Source: a virus. From it: a stretch of 64,000 bases of DNA. Made by a program: the position numbers and the translations under genes. The notes beneath the pieces were generated by a model. The model worked only from the letters and a program-made list of their open reading frames with translations. It was not told the origin of the DNA and did no database searches. Positions 54,813 to 64,000 of this stretch are shown piece by piece. The stretch spans positions 1-64,000 of the IMG/VR virus record IMGVR_UViG_3300045141_000199; one strand, written 5' to 3'. Every line of letters begins with the position of its first letter. Positions within the stretch are counted from its first letter, which is position 1.

Positions 54813-55093
54813 TTAACATCCAATTCGATCGCTATCAAGCGCCTGAATAACGCTCTGGTGAGCTTCTTGTCCAGCATCCAACGCCGAGGGCGTTGTCCCT
54901 CATCGAAGTTTGCTCGGTTTTTGATCGACCACATGATCCGCAGCTCGGCAGCATTGGCGAGAATGTAATCGATCGCCCAAAGTACCTCTGCTTCTCGTAG
55001 TCCGATAATGAAACGCTGACTGCCGTCTGGCGGGAACCAGAGCAGATGTTGGTCAAGCATTTCAACTGGAAATTCTATGGATTTATCGCTCAT
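54809..55093 (-). CDS. hypothetical protein
   Basis: AGGAGG SD. Confidence 0.6.
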   Translation of the reverse strand: MSDKSIEFPVEMLDQHLLWFPPDGSQRFIIGLREAEVLWAIDYILANAAELRIMWSIKNRANFDEGQRPRRWMLDKKLTRALFRRLIAIELDVK

Positions 55094-55142
55094 ATTTCCT
55101 CCTGGGCGTATTTAAGGCGCCTGCTAGGTACCAGCCCAACTG

Positions 55143-55367
55143 CTAGTCCTCGAACCAGTAGCGTCCGTGGGCGCCTTGGTTTGATTTGTGTACCGCACTC
55201 GTTGCACGGTGCAACTGACGGCCGTACTGATCCGTCTTGCTGTCGTCAGTTTCGACGTACACAACGTTTAGCGACGGCGTATCGCCTCCGCCCCATACTT
55301 CCGTGACAAGCGCGTTATGGCCCTTGCCGTACTCATCAACGTAGACAACGTGGTTTCCAATCTCCAT
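55143..55367 (-). CDS. hypothetical protein
   Basis: Strong SD GAAAGGGGGTGA before ATG 55367. Confidence 0.65.
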   Translation of the reverse strand: MEIGNHVVYVDEYGKGHNALVTEVWGGGDTPSLNVVYVETDDSKTDQYGRQLHRATSAVHKSNQGAHGRYWFED

Positions 55368-55394
55368 ATTCTCACCCCCTTTCGGGATGCGTGA

Positions 55395-55433
55395 CACCGT
55401 TCGGTTTCAGAATCAACATGAAACCGAACGGTG
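55395..55433. repeat. perfect 15-bp inverted repeat
   Basis: caccgttcggtttca-(9 nt)-tgaaaccgaacggtg. Confidence 0.85.
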
Positions 55434-55443
55434 CCTTTTAACA

Positions 55444-56265
55444 CTAGACTGCTAGTCCGCCTTTAGCGTCAGGCTCAGCAGCCTTGTCGTCCAGCGCATC
55501 CTCTGCGCCGGCCGAAACTGTGCGCCCCTGCATAACCGCAAACGCGAGCTGTGAGCCCATAGCCTTCTCTTCAGGCGAAGTCTCGCGGATGAACTTCAGG
55601 TTGCTAGGGTCGATTGTGTACGCTTGGTTCTTGCCGTAGGTTTCCTTCTTGGTCACCAAGCGAAGCACGCGATCCCACGGTGGCTTGTTGCGCAACATAG
55701 CACGCTGTAACGTGCGAATCTTGCGATGCGCCGGCACGTCGATCCGCTTCAGCGATAAGCGCACAGGCTGATAATCATCGTCTGCGACAACGAAACCTGT
55801 GTAGTTGTGAGTAGTGGAAACCTGGGGTCCCTTGCCCCACTCACGCTCCTTGCGGTTCACGGCGGCCTTGTACTGCTCCTCCGCCTCGGGGTACTCCGAG
55901 AACGGCTCGCCTACCCACTCCGGCCCAACCAATTCTTCCCATCGCTCGGGAATTGTTGAGTCGAACGCGACAAAGGTTTTGTCTTTGTCCTGGTTTGTGG
56001 CAAAACGCCCGCGGTTATAGTACACGGCAATGAACTCAACCGCGGTTCCAACGCCCTCATTGGATAGCGTGTTGATAAATTCACCGGCTTCAGCGTCACC
56101 CTCCTGTACCTCGCGGGTAAGAGGCTGGCCGATCTTCAGGATTGGGGTATTCAGATATTCATCATCGTCATACTCCTGCGCCTGGGCTGCTAATACTTCG
56201 GCGGCAATAGCGTCCTGGGCCTCTAACTCTGCGCTGTTTAGCTCTGCAATGTCTGTGGTGCTCAC
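55444..56265 (-). CDS. putative single-stranded DNA-binding protein
   Basis: Acidic 273 aa in the replication module; PILKIGQ...AEAGEF pattern. Confidence 0.55.
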   Translation of the reverse strand: MSTTDIAELNSAELEAQDAIAAEVLAAQAQEYDDDEYLNTPILKIGQPLTREVQEGDAEAGEFINTLSNEGVGTAVEFIAVYYNRGRFATNQDKDKTFVAFDSTIPERWEELVGPEWVGEPFSEYPEAEEQYKAAVNRKEREWGKGPQVSTTHNYTGFVVADDDYQPVRLSLKRIDVPAHRKIRTLQRAMLRNKPPWDRVLRLVTKKETYGKNQAYTIDPSNLKFIRETSPEEKAMGSQLAFAVMQGRTVSAGAEDALDDKAAEPDAKGGLAV

Positions 56266-56314
56266 GTTCTTTTCTCCTCGTAGATTGTGTGCTGCTTACA
56301 GTGAATTATAGCAG

Positions 56315-56734
56315 CTAGTTCTTCTTCGAAATTGTTAATCCACGGTTCGAGTAGAAGTCAATACCGGGCGGCATAGGGTCACCTTTGTCCAACAACTCTC
56401 TCACCAACTCATTCAGCCGGCGCTTCACAATGCTCGGCTTTGTCATGTCATCTATTCGGCCCCGCTCTTCGAAATACTCAAGGGCGGCGTCCGCATCAAT
56501 GATGCGGCCGAACTTGGTTTCGCGTGGCGTGAACGTTACGACTCCATGTGGGAATCCAAGATCAAAGCGGCGCGTTCCCTTCATCGGACTGTCTTCCAGC
56601 TCGTCAAACAATTCGGCCTCGTAAGCCCGGTACTCGCGCTCGGCAGTTTCGGCCGCTATTTTGGTCGAGTCACGCTTCTCACGTAACTCGACCAGGCGCC
56701 GGAACCTACTCGCAATGATCTCTTCCTCACTCAT
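56315..56734 (-). CDS. conserved phage replication-module protein
   Basis: N-terminal coiled coil, C-terminal PPGI motif. Confidence 0.6.
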   Translation of the reverse strand: MSEEEIIASRFRRLVELREKRDSTKIAAETAEREYRAYEAELFDELEDSPMKGTRRFDLGFPHGVVTFTPRETKFGRIIDADAALEYFEERGRIDDMTKPSIVKRRLNELVRELLDKGDPMPPGIDFYSNRGLTISKKN

Positions 56735-56976
56735 GAATCATTCTTTTTGGTGTAATTGGCCTTAGCAGCATCCCCTCGGATAATGCCTAAGGCGAAGGCG
56801 ACCCACCACGCGGTTATGAATCCGATCTTGCCAACGTGCCCGCCACAAATCTTCACCACTTCAGTCACGCCGAAGTTCCACGCCCACATCGTTATCAGGG
56901 CGCTAAGCGCCGCTACCGCAACGATTAGGACGATAATGCCGAGCACCATCCAGACTGTCTTAGCTCCGTCACTCAT
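56731..56976 (-). CDS. membrane protein
   Basis: Two hydrophobic segments. Confidence 0.65.
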   Translation of the reverse strand: MSDGAKTVWMVLGIIVLIVAVAALSALITMWAWNFGVTEVVKICGGHVGKIGFITAWWVAFALGIIRGDAAKANYTKKNDS

Positions 56977-57491
56977 AGGATCAGCTCTCCTTTGTCATTT
57001 ACGAAGTCCGCTTTAGCATAAGCTTCTTTTTCAGATGCATCGATGTATGGCCAGAATTCCTTCAGACGCTTGAGCTGGGCTGGGGCATTTTTCTTCAAGC
57101 GCATTACGTGGTCGCAACGTACAGGATCATAGCTTTGATCGATGGCCTCGTTCCACGCATCGAAATCGGCTGCTACCTTACCAATAGCGCCCGGAAGGAC
57201 TACGCCGTATTCAATCTCCTCGCCGAACGTAACCTCATCGACCTTTTTCAGGCCGAGCTTATTAGCGATTCTGTCACGCGTAGCCTCGTCCGTCCACATC
57301 GCCCAGCGATCTTGACTGTCAGGATTGACAAAGCAATTGAAGTTGAGATTCTTCGCAATCAAACACTGCTGTGGGTCCGCGGGAATGGCCGGCATTAATG
57401 CGTCGAGCGGGTTACCGCCGCCGGCCTTACGGACCTGATTCGCAAACTTCTTTAGTTCCGCTAGGGAAGCACGTTTCGTAGCCACTTTCAT
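56973..57491 (-). CDS. hypothetical protein
   Basis: ATGA-coupled 172-aa ORF. Confidence 0.65.
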   Translation of the reverse strand: MKVATKRASLAELKKFANQVRKAGGGNPLDALMPAIPADPQQCLIAKNLNFNCFVNPDSQDRWAMWTDEATRDRIANKLGLKKVDEVTFGEEIEYGVVLPGAIGKVAADFDAWNEAIDQSYDPVRCDHVMRLKKNAPAQLKRLKEFWPYIDASEKEAYAKADFVNDKGELIL

Positions 57492-57979
57492 ATCTCCTTG
57501 TATTCAATGTTTTGGTTGCCGCAATTGGCACAGACTGCTCGTTGATTTACGCCATGACGGCCTTTTCGTAGCTGCAAATTAGCTATTCGATTATCAGCCT
57601 TGTTACCGTTTAGGTGGTGGACCGTCTCATTTTCTAGTAATGGTCTACCGAGATGATGAGCCATTACCAATCTGTGCTCTAAGCAGTGATTCATCTTACC
57701 TAGCATAGCACGTCCGATAAGGTCGTTTAATGACACCCAAACGTAGTTATAGCCTTCTGTATGACCGCCTTTACCTCCTGCCCAACGTGAAGCTTCAGGA
57801 CCGAGGTTTAGTCCTTTTCGACTTCTCGTAGGTATGCCTCGTTCAGCTCTGAATCGCTGAAAACTATGAGGTTTTAGCTCTAACTCATTCAAAAACACTT
57901 TACACTGGCGGCCGCGTTCATACAGCTCAACGGCCTTCCAATAGTCATCTTCCCTAGGCCAACGTCTCATGAACCTCAT
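57488..57979 (-). CDS. HNH homing endonuclease (start uncertain)
   Basis: EHRLVMAHHLGRPL...VHHLNGNKADNRIANL; paralogous to 53350-53823. Confidence 0.85.
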   Translation of the reverse strand: MRFMRRWPREDDYWKAVELYERGRQCKVFLNELELKPHSFQRFRAERGIPTRSRKGLNLGPEASRWAGGKGGHTEGYNYVWVSLNDLIGRAMLGKMNHCLEHRLVMAHHLGRPLLENETVHHLNGNKADNRIANLQLRKGRHGVNQRAVCANCGNQNIEYKEI

Positions 57980-59798
57980 CCTGCTTTATTACAGAGCGGG
58001 TTATCGATTCCTTGAGCTTATTTGTGGGGAGTATGCTGCCGTCATCCACCGTTCGGGATGCCTGATAGATATAAATCGTGGCTGAGCCTTTCATACCCAT
58101 ACGATGGATTCTGTCCTCGGCCTGGGCATTATTGGCTGGAACCCAATTCCTCTCAACGAAATGTGCAGTATCAGATGCAGTTAGCGTTAGCCCTTCTTTC
58201 ATAGCACCGATCGTACCGACAATTACGTCGATCTCTCCACGCTGGAACGCCTCCTCTAGTTCGGATCGATCGCGCTGATCTGTCTCCCCGGTGTAAACCG
58301 CAACGTCAAGTGACTTACCGCGGAGACGGCCTGCAAGAATGTTGCAGGTATCCACAAACTCGCTAAAGACGACGTGCTGTTTGTGGGGGTTATCTTCGAT
58401 GGAGTCCGTAACGGCGTCGAGCTTTGCGCTTTCATCGGCGCCGCCCAGGAGGGCTGGCGTGGAGAGTATCTGACGCAGGCGTACTGTTCTCGCCGCTCCA
58501 TTCGGGATGGAATAGAGGCGCCGTCCGAGAACGGCGGCCTCAGCAAGCGCCTCAGCCGTTTTATCGCCTTCCTGTATCGCTGTTTCCACTTCAAGCCACA
58601 ACTCCTTCTCCGCTTGTTCGTAAAGTTTGCGCTGCTTGGCACCTAGCTTTACCGGAATAGTGATCCTCATCTTCGGCGGAAGGTCAAGTACCTGAGCCTT
58701 GGTGCGCCGGTACAGCTTGCCTTTCAGCTCAAAGCGCAAAGCGTCGGGGTTCTTCACTCCTTCAATTACACGGCCGAAGTATCCTTCTGTGTAGTCCGTG
58801 TACTGCTCAAAGAAGCGCCAATAGGACGTGTACTCCTTTGGGTACAGCCAATGTAATAAAGCCCATAGCTCGGCTGGATTATTCATGATTGGCGTGCCGG
58901 TGGCCGCTAACTCAAGCTCACCTTTCGCTTTGAACAGCCCGCGGGTCTGTGCCGCCTTACGGTTCTTAGCACGATGAGCCTCATCGGCGATGACTGACTG
59001 CCACTTGGTTTCAGCGAACAGCGGCTCCTTCATGATCTCTTTGGTCTTCTCGCCGCCGGCTTTGGTCTTCACCTTAATCTTCTTGGTGCGAAGCTGCTCA
59101 TAATTGACGATCACCCAGGCTTCCTCCTGGATGCCATTTACGAGCTGAAACTTACGAGCTTTCGGCGTGGTGCCATCAACGATTACTGCCTCATCGTCGC
59201 CTAACCAAAGCTCGATCTCGCGCGCCCACACCCCCTTGACAGAGTTCGGACAGACCACTAAGTGGGGGCCACCCATGCTAAAGCCAGTGTTACTCCAGAG
59301 AGCCGTACCCTTACGGATCGCGATCTCGGCGGCCGTTGAAATGGCCGTGCCCGTCTTACCAAGGCCCATGTCGTCCGCGACGATCGCTCCACGATCGCCG
59401 GCCACCAGAGCGTCCACTAGCACGCGTTGGTGGGCCTTCAGGCCAGTGAATGGTTCGCCCCTAACGGCCTCGGGCTGCCAGGGAGCGCGCTCGTAGGCCC
59501 ACGGGATTAGCAGACCAGAAGCGTCCTCGGGCAATGAGTTCACTAACTCCTGTTCGGCTTGTTGTTTGGAATCACGAATCCACTGAACGATCTCGGACGC
59601 AACCTCAGGCTGCGTAGCGTAGACTAGGCGCTCGGCTATAGCCGGGTCGATAGGGAGCTGCCAGACTTTGCGCTTTCCTTCATAGCGTCTACCGGGTAAG
59701 TCCTTGACCTTCGCGAGCACATCCGAGAACTCGGAGCCGCGGCAGGTCGATAAGTCCAGCTCTAGGGCCTCGTCTGTTCTGGTTAACGTCGGAGGCAT
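57954..59798 (-). CDS. SNF2-family helicase
   Basis: ADDMGLGKT, DEAH, TGTP, QAEDRIHRMG. Confidence 0.93.
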   Translation of the reverse strand: MPPTLTRTDEALELDLSTCRGSEFSDVLAKVKDLPGRRYEGKRKVWQLPIDPAIAERLVYATQPEVASEIVQWIRDSKQQAEQELVNSLPEDASGLLIPWAYERAPWQPEAVRGEPFTGLKAHQRVLVDALVAGDRGAIVADDMGLGKTGTAISTAAEIAIRKGTALWSNTGFSMGGPHLVVCPNSVKGVWAREIELWLGDDEAVIVDGTTPKARKFQLVNGIQEEAWVIVNYEQLRTKKIKVKTKAGGEKTKEIMKEPLFAETKWQSVIADEAHRAKNRKAAQTRGLFKAKGELELAATGTPIMNNPAELWALLHWLYPKEYTSYWRFFEQYTDYTEGYFGRVIEGVKNPDALRFELKGKLYRRTKAQVLDLPPKMRITIPVKLGAKQRKLYEQAEKELWLEVETAIQEGDKTAEALAEAAVLGRRLYSIPNGAARTVRLRQILSTPALLGGADESAKLDAVTDSIEDNPHKQHVVFSEFVDTCNILAGRLRGKSLDVAVYTGETDQRDRSELEEAFQRGEIDVIVGTIGAMKEGLTLTASDTAHFVERNWVPANNAQAEDRIHRMGMKGSATIYIYQASRTVDDGSILPTNKLKESITRSVIKQDEVHETLA

Positions 59799-59970
59799 TA
59801 GCCGCCTCTAATTAACCCGACGATTGACAGCCCGAAGCCACAAAGCCAGCAAAGGCTATAAGGTATAATCGCCGGCCAGATCGGGAGATTAATCACCGCA
59901 AAGAAAACTGCGAGCAGGATCATAAAGCATTGGATTCCAAAGCCGATCTCGACTTGTGTATCAGGATTCA

Positions 59971-60360
59971 TTACTCACTACCTCCGTAACTAAGAAGGGG
60001 CTCCAACACTGGCTCTTCATAGTGTGGGCCTTTGATTATCTTTCCATCCGGCTGGCGCTCGATGCCGCCCTTGAGCTTGCTCATGTTGCTGGCATGGACC
60101 GCCTCGATAACACGGTCGAGTGGGATACCGTAGGCTCTGGCCGTACCGTAAAGCACGTAAACCAGGTCGGCTAGCTCCTTTGCAAGATTGATGTATGCCT
60201 CGCCGGTTACGGGCTCACTACCCATCGCCTCCATTACCTCTAGGTACTCCTCAGTAATCAGCGTGCGCCGTAGCGAATGAACCTCAAAGCCACCAGATAG
60301 GACGCTGGGCTCTCCGATGGTGTCATGCCACTCATCTAGCATCGCACCCACGTCAGTCAT
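59971..60360 (-). CDS. MazG/PRA-PH-like NTP pyrophosphohydrolase
   Basis: LITEEYLE...KELADLVYV...VHASNMSK...DGKIIKG. Confidence 0.88.
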   Translation of the reverse strand: MTDVGAMLDEWHDTIGEPSVLSGGFEVHSLRRTLITEEYLEVMEAMGSEPVTGEAYINLAKELADLVYVLYGTARAYGIPLDRVIEAVHASNMSKLKGGIERQPDGKIIKGPHYEEPVLEPLLSYGGSE

Positions 60361-60571
60361 AATGCACCGCTAAGCACGCGATCCGAGACGGGTTTACAAA
60401 CAGCACGTTTTCTCGGCCTTCCTCCACCAGTGTGCCTGACTTGCCATAGGTTTCATCGTTGATGAAGACCACGGAATCTACTTTAGGGAAACGCTTTTCC
60501 GTTAAGTCCGGGCCTAATAATTCTACTTCCATATCTTCTCCTAAGTTATAGTGACTTATAGTTTATCAAAA

Positions 60572-60781
60572 TTAGACAAAGCCCATCCACGCTTCGACAT
60601 CCTCGTCCCACTCCCAACCGAGTGCGTCGAGAACAAAAAGATCAACATCGGTCATGGCTCCAGGGTCTTGAGTTGAGCCATAGAGCACGTCGTGCTCAGC
60701 AGCAACAAGAAAGCCCTGTTCGCCTAACTTGTCGTACTTAGCGAATATCTTTAGGCCCTCAATCGCGTGAGATATCTTCAT
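60572..60781 (-). CDS. hypothetical protein
   Basis: MKISHAIEGLKIFAKY...AEHDVLY...LGWEW. Confidence 0.6.
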   Translation of the reverse strand: MKISHAIEGLKIFAKYDKLGEQGFLVAAEHDVLYGSTQDPGAMTDVDLFVLDALGWEWDEDVEAWMGFV

Positions 60782-61094
60782 AATCAGGCTCCGGTGCATT
60801 GGGATCGTATTCGGCCGATTGAGCTAACTGCCTCAGCTTCACGCGCATGCCATGCGCGGCGTGTTCGAGCGCAATCAGTTTCTTACCTTGCGGGCTCTCG
60901 GTGAAGCCAATACCATCCGGCTCTTGTTCAGCGATAAGTTGGCGCTCCATCTCGGCTACGCGAGCCATCTTGAAGGCGTCCACGATCGCTGTTTTCAGAA
61001 GGACGGCCGTGGCTTCAGCTTGGCGGCACGCGGCGCCGGCAACCTCAAAGCATGTTCCATCTAGCTCGCGCGGGTCTGTGTAGATGAACTTCAC
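60759..61094 (-). CDS. hypothetical protein
   Basis: Operon-coupled ORF with AAGGAG SD. Confidence 0.55.
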   Translation of the reverse strand: MKFIYTDPRELDGTCFEVAGAACRQAEATAVLLKTAIVDAFKMARVAEMERQLIAEQEPDGIGFTESPQGKKLIALEHAAHGMRVKLRQLAQSAEYDPNAPEPDYEDISRD

Positions 61095-61324
61095 TCGCGC
61101 TCCTTCTTTTCGTTATTGCGGTTCCAACGGTGGTATGTCCACTCGGCTGGCGTGTAGATCGTTTCCGAGCCGTTACCAGGTAACCGTAAGTGCAAACAAT
61201 TGCGGCCGTTGGTCTTGCCGAACTTCACAATGCATTTGCTCTGCTTGGCAACCTGGCGGGCGAGCAGACGCGCCTCCTTGTCAGACATCTCTAAGCATCT
61301 CAAAGAGATAGCGAACCTCTTCAA
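61091..61324 (-). CDS. hypothetical protein
   Basis: Operon-coupled ORF, start uncertain. Confidence 0.45.
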   Translation of the reverse strand: MKRFAISLRCLEMSDKEARLLARQVAKQSKCIVKFGKTNGRNCLHLRLPGNGSETIYTPAEWTYHRWNRNNEKKERE

Positions 61325-61537
61325 TGATCTCTGCTTCGGTAGCGCCTAACTCCGTCCAACGGACTACCGCGCCCTCAAAGGCTATTCTGGCTCTTTCCTT
61401 ATCGTCCACGCCATTCCTTTCGTAATGCTGCACGTTCGTTCACACGGCCGCGGCGCTTTTCCTGCGGGCGGTCTTTCTTAGTCGCGCCCTTTCGCCGATG
61501 CTCGGCTTCTGAGATGTGTTTGCGCCTGTAACGTCGC

Positions 61538-61771
61538 TTAGTTAGCAAAGTATCCTCCAGTTTCACCATAGATTGTGTTGCCCGAGCGACCGGCTTTGGC
61601 GAAGTCGCTGTAGATGCGGCGCACGTCAACCTCGACCATGCCGAAGTAGAGAGCCGCGTGAGCAAAGGCTTCATCCGGTGACTTGCCCTGTTCGATCAGG
61701 CCCTCGATGTAATGCACGATGCGCTCGATCGACTCTTTAGCCTTAGCGAAATCAGTCACGGGCTGACCCAC
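61538..61771 (-). CDS. hypothetical protein
   Basis: Operon-coupled ORF. Confidence 0.5.
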   Translation of the reverse strand: MGQPVTDFAKAKESIERIVHYIEGLIEQGKSPDEAFAHAALYFGMVEVDVRRIYSDFAKAGRSGNTIYGETGGYFAN

Positions 61772-62229
61772 GTCGCACCCTGCCTCTCAATGGTTAGAGC
61801 TTTAATGCGGTTGCCTAGCTCTAGGATCGCGTCGAGACTCACGTACATCTCATGGGCGCCCCTGAAGACGGCCGCGCTAATTAGGTCAGTGAGCGGATAC
61901 GCACCGCTCTTGATCCCGTAGAACGCCGGAAGAACCTGCTGCATTGCGTTCTCTCTTTGCGTGCGCTGCTTTGCTTGTTCCGCCTGCTTTATCTTTTCTT
62001 CAGCAACTTCATCAAGACGTGCAACACGTTTCAGCTCACGTTCTGCTGCCTCCTCCGCCCAGGTGGCTGTGAAGGCTTGCCGGTTCACTAACAGCGGCGA
62101 CCCGCTAACTGAACCGTAGAAATCTAACGGCTGTGCCATGACTGAGATGTCGCCGGCCTCTTCAATAATGCGATAGCGGCTGCGAAAGCCCGGCACGCTG
62201 CCGGCGGCATACTCCTCGCCCACCTTCAT
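61756..62229 (-). CDS. hypothetical protein
   Basis: ATGA-coupled 157-aa ORF. Confidence 0.6.
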   Translation of the reverse strand: MKVGEEYAAGSVPGFRSRYRIIEEAGDISVMAQPLDFYGSVSGSPLLVNRQAFTATWAEEAAERELKRVARLDEVAEEKIKQAEQAKQRTQRENAMQQVLPAFYGIKSGAYPLTDLISAAVFRGAHEMYVSLDAILELGNRIKALTIERQGATWVSP

Positions 62230-62531
62230 AGCAAGCCTTTCAGATGGCGCTTTATCGTGTGGATTTCGGCTTGCTTAGACTCAATCTGTTCGCGCGCCAC
62301 TAAGAGCTGGCCCTCAAGAATCGATACAGCGTTCTCAAGATTTTCGATCTGCTCTTCATCTTCACGCGATCCGGCGCGTAAATTCTGGATTTCGAGGATG
62401 TAATCTTTGTTCCTCGACTCAACTAACTCGATCTCTTCTGTAAATCGCTTAGCAAACGATGCCTTCTCGGCGGTATAGCGCTCAACGATCCCCATCGCGC
62501 TCTTCCTCCTCGTCTTTCTTCTTGTTTTCAA
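62226..62531 (-). CDS. coiled-coil hypothetical protein
   Basis: Heptad-rich; start may be the internal ATG after GAGGAAG. Confidence 0.55.
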   Translation of the reverse strand: MKTRRKTRRKSAMGIVERYTAEKASFAKRFTEEIELVESRNKDYILEIQNLRAGSREDEEQIENLENAVSILEGQLLVAREQIESKQAEIHTIKRHLKGLL

Positions 62532-62697
62532 GGTCTAAGTTGTTTAAGGCTTGTGCAAAGCCGAACGTGTAGATTTCGCGGGCGCTCTTAGCGTCCCTGA
62601 TCTTGATAATCGCCATAATCTAGCCGCTCCTTATCGATTGATGCCGGTAGCTTAGCACATTTAGCAATCGGCCGCAGCGCGCTCTAAAATGGGGGTT

Positions 62698-63411
62698 ATG
62701 GACTCCGATGCGGCCCTTTCACCACTAGACGCTCAAACAGCTAATACCCGCGTTGGCTCGGTAGAAAACAGGCTATCCGACAGCGACCGCCTAGCCAAAA
62801 TCGAGGCGGCGTTGGCCGCCCATGCCGCCATCTTCGCCGAGCGCGAAAAGGCCGAGCAGCAGGCTCAAACTGAGCGCCAGTTGGCGGCCGCGGCCGTCCA
62901 GCAGGCCCTTCAAGAGGCTGCGAGCGCTAGCGCTAAGGCCCTGGAAGCAGCGCTAAAAAACGCTAACGAGCTGGAGCTTGAGCGTGTTGCCCGCGTCCGC
63001 GATGAGGTAAAGGAGGTCAAGGACGCCTCGACAAAGCTGGTCAACGAGCGCCAAACAGCCCAGCAGAAGTTCGAGGAAAACGTCAAAGAGCGCTTCGCTC
63101 AGGTCAACGAGTTTCGTGGTTCTCTGGATGACTTAGGCAAATCTATGGGTACCCGCCGCGAACTAGAACAAGCCGTGGACGCCCAAAGATTATCGGCCGC
63201 TACCCTGGCTAAGGAAATCTCCGCGCTGCGCAGCCGAATAGATGTAGGCCCGGAGGACTTACGAGCCTTACAGTCAAAGTCAGACGAATCGTCCGGGAAG
63301 GATGCCGGCGAGGCCAGCCGCCGGGCTCTGCGAGCAGTTTCTGTGGCTATTGTCTCTGCGGGGGTCGCTGGGGTCGCAGTCATTGTGGCGATCGTCCAAG
63401 CGCTTCACTAG
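62698..63411 (+). CDS. coiled-coil protein with C-terminal membrane anchor
   Basis: TAAAAT 7 nt before ATG 62698; hydrophobic C-terminus. Confidence 0.7.
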   Translation: MDSDAALSPLDAQTANTRVGSVENRLSDSDRLAKIEAALAAHAAIFAEREKAEQQAQTERQLAAAAVQQALQEAASASAKALEAALKNANELELERVARVRDEVKEVKDASTKLVNERQTAQQKFEENVKERFAQVNEFRGSLDDLGKSMGTRRELEQAVDAQRLSAATLAKEISALRSRIDVGPEDLRALQSKSDESSGKDAGEASRRALRAVSVAIVSAGVAGVAVIVAIVQALH

Positions 63412-63463
63412 CCGCATCGCGCTTTAGAATGGGAAATATGACCTATCGAACACTGTCTAATGA

Positions 63464-63643
63464 ATGAACTTCCAATGGTATTGGTTCACCCGCAGCATCG
63501 GCGCTGTAACAGTGCTCTACGAGCTGGTGCTCGACAAGGGCGGCGCCGAACGTGGCGTTATCATCGCGGCCGCCTTGAGCTTCATAGGGGTCGAGTGGGT
63601 AGCCAAGAAAGATCAGCGCAAAGGTGACGATGCTCAAGCCTAA
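63464..63643 (+). CDS. small membrane protein
   Basis: Hand-translated MNFQWYWFTRSIGAVTVLYELV...GVIIAAALSFIG. Confidence 0.5.
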   Translation: MNFQWYWFTRSIGAVTVLYELVLDKGGAERGVIIAAALSFIGVEWVAKKDQRKGDDAQA

Positions 63644-63733
63644 GACCGTCATCCACGACTACCCGCTCACGACGATCTACGTCGCGATTGCGGCCACGCT
63701 CAACACGACTCTCTTCTTGCTGGTGAAGTTCGT

Positions 63734-64000
63734 ATGAACAAAGTTAAGTTCCACGTCTCCAAGGCCCTGATTGGCTATGTCATCCTAGGGGCCAGCTTTG
63801 GCGTCGCCGGCACAGAACTCGCGCATAACGCCAACCACGCGAAAGTCAAAGCGACCGAAACCTGCCGCATCCAGCGCCGCGGCCTCGAAGCTACCAGGTA
63901 TCTCGTAGGGTTCACCGAAGGCGTCCGCGCCCTCCTTACCCCGCAGCCTGGCCAGCCGCAGAAACCTGTGCCAAAGGTGTACAAAGACATCATCGATCGC
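63734..64000 (+). CDS. membrane-anchored hypothetical protein (partial, runs off the window)
   Basis: MNKVKFHVSKALIGYVILGASFGVAG..., ATGA overlap with the upstream small ORF. Confidence 0.45.
   Translation, partial: MNKVKFHVSKALIGYVILGASFGVAGTELAHNANHAKVKATETCRIQRRGLEATRYLVGFTEGVRALLTPQPGQPQKPVPKVYKDIIDR

Overview
The whole window is a dsDNA tailed-phage (siphovirus-like) genome segment. No host core genes or integrase are visible. An actinobacterial host is inferred, possibly Thermoleophilia/Solirubrobacterales. It carries portal-MuF, prohead protease, HK97-type capsid, tail tube, tape measure, Dit/Tal and lysis genes on the + strand (14.7-43.1 kb). Terminase, PolA, primase, helicases and nucleotide enzymes lie on the - strand (43.3-62.5 kb). 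The exceptional part is a translation-takeover toolkit: (i) a ribosomal protein S12 with substitutions at four streptomycin/accuracy positions (K42R, R85S, K87P, P90G); (ii) a compact 290-nt RNase P RNA; (iii) 34 tRNA genes covering all 20 amino acids, none with encoded CCA and many structurally atypical; (iv) a CCA-adding/HD enzyme, a phosphoesterase, a GGQ release-factor-like protein, Pth2 and an S4-like protein; (v) tRNA-sized non-tRNA structured RNAs inside the arrays; (vi) a predicted sRNA carrying the 16S anti-Shine-Dalgarno sequence just upstream of rpsL, and a start-codon-less 17-nt complement of the 16S 3' end at 43.15 kb, in a genome where many genes look leaderless. All calls were made by eye from motifs and base pairing; no database searches were run.
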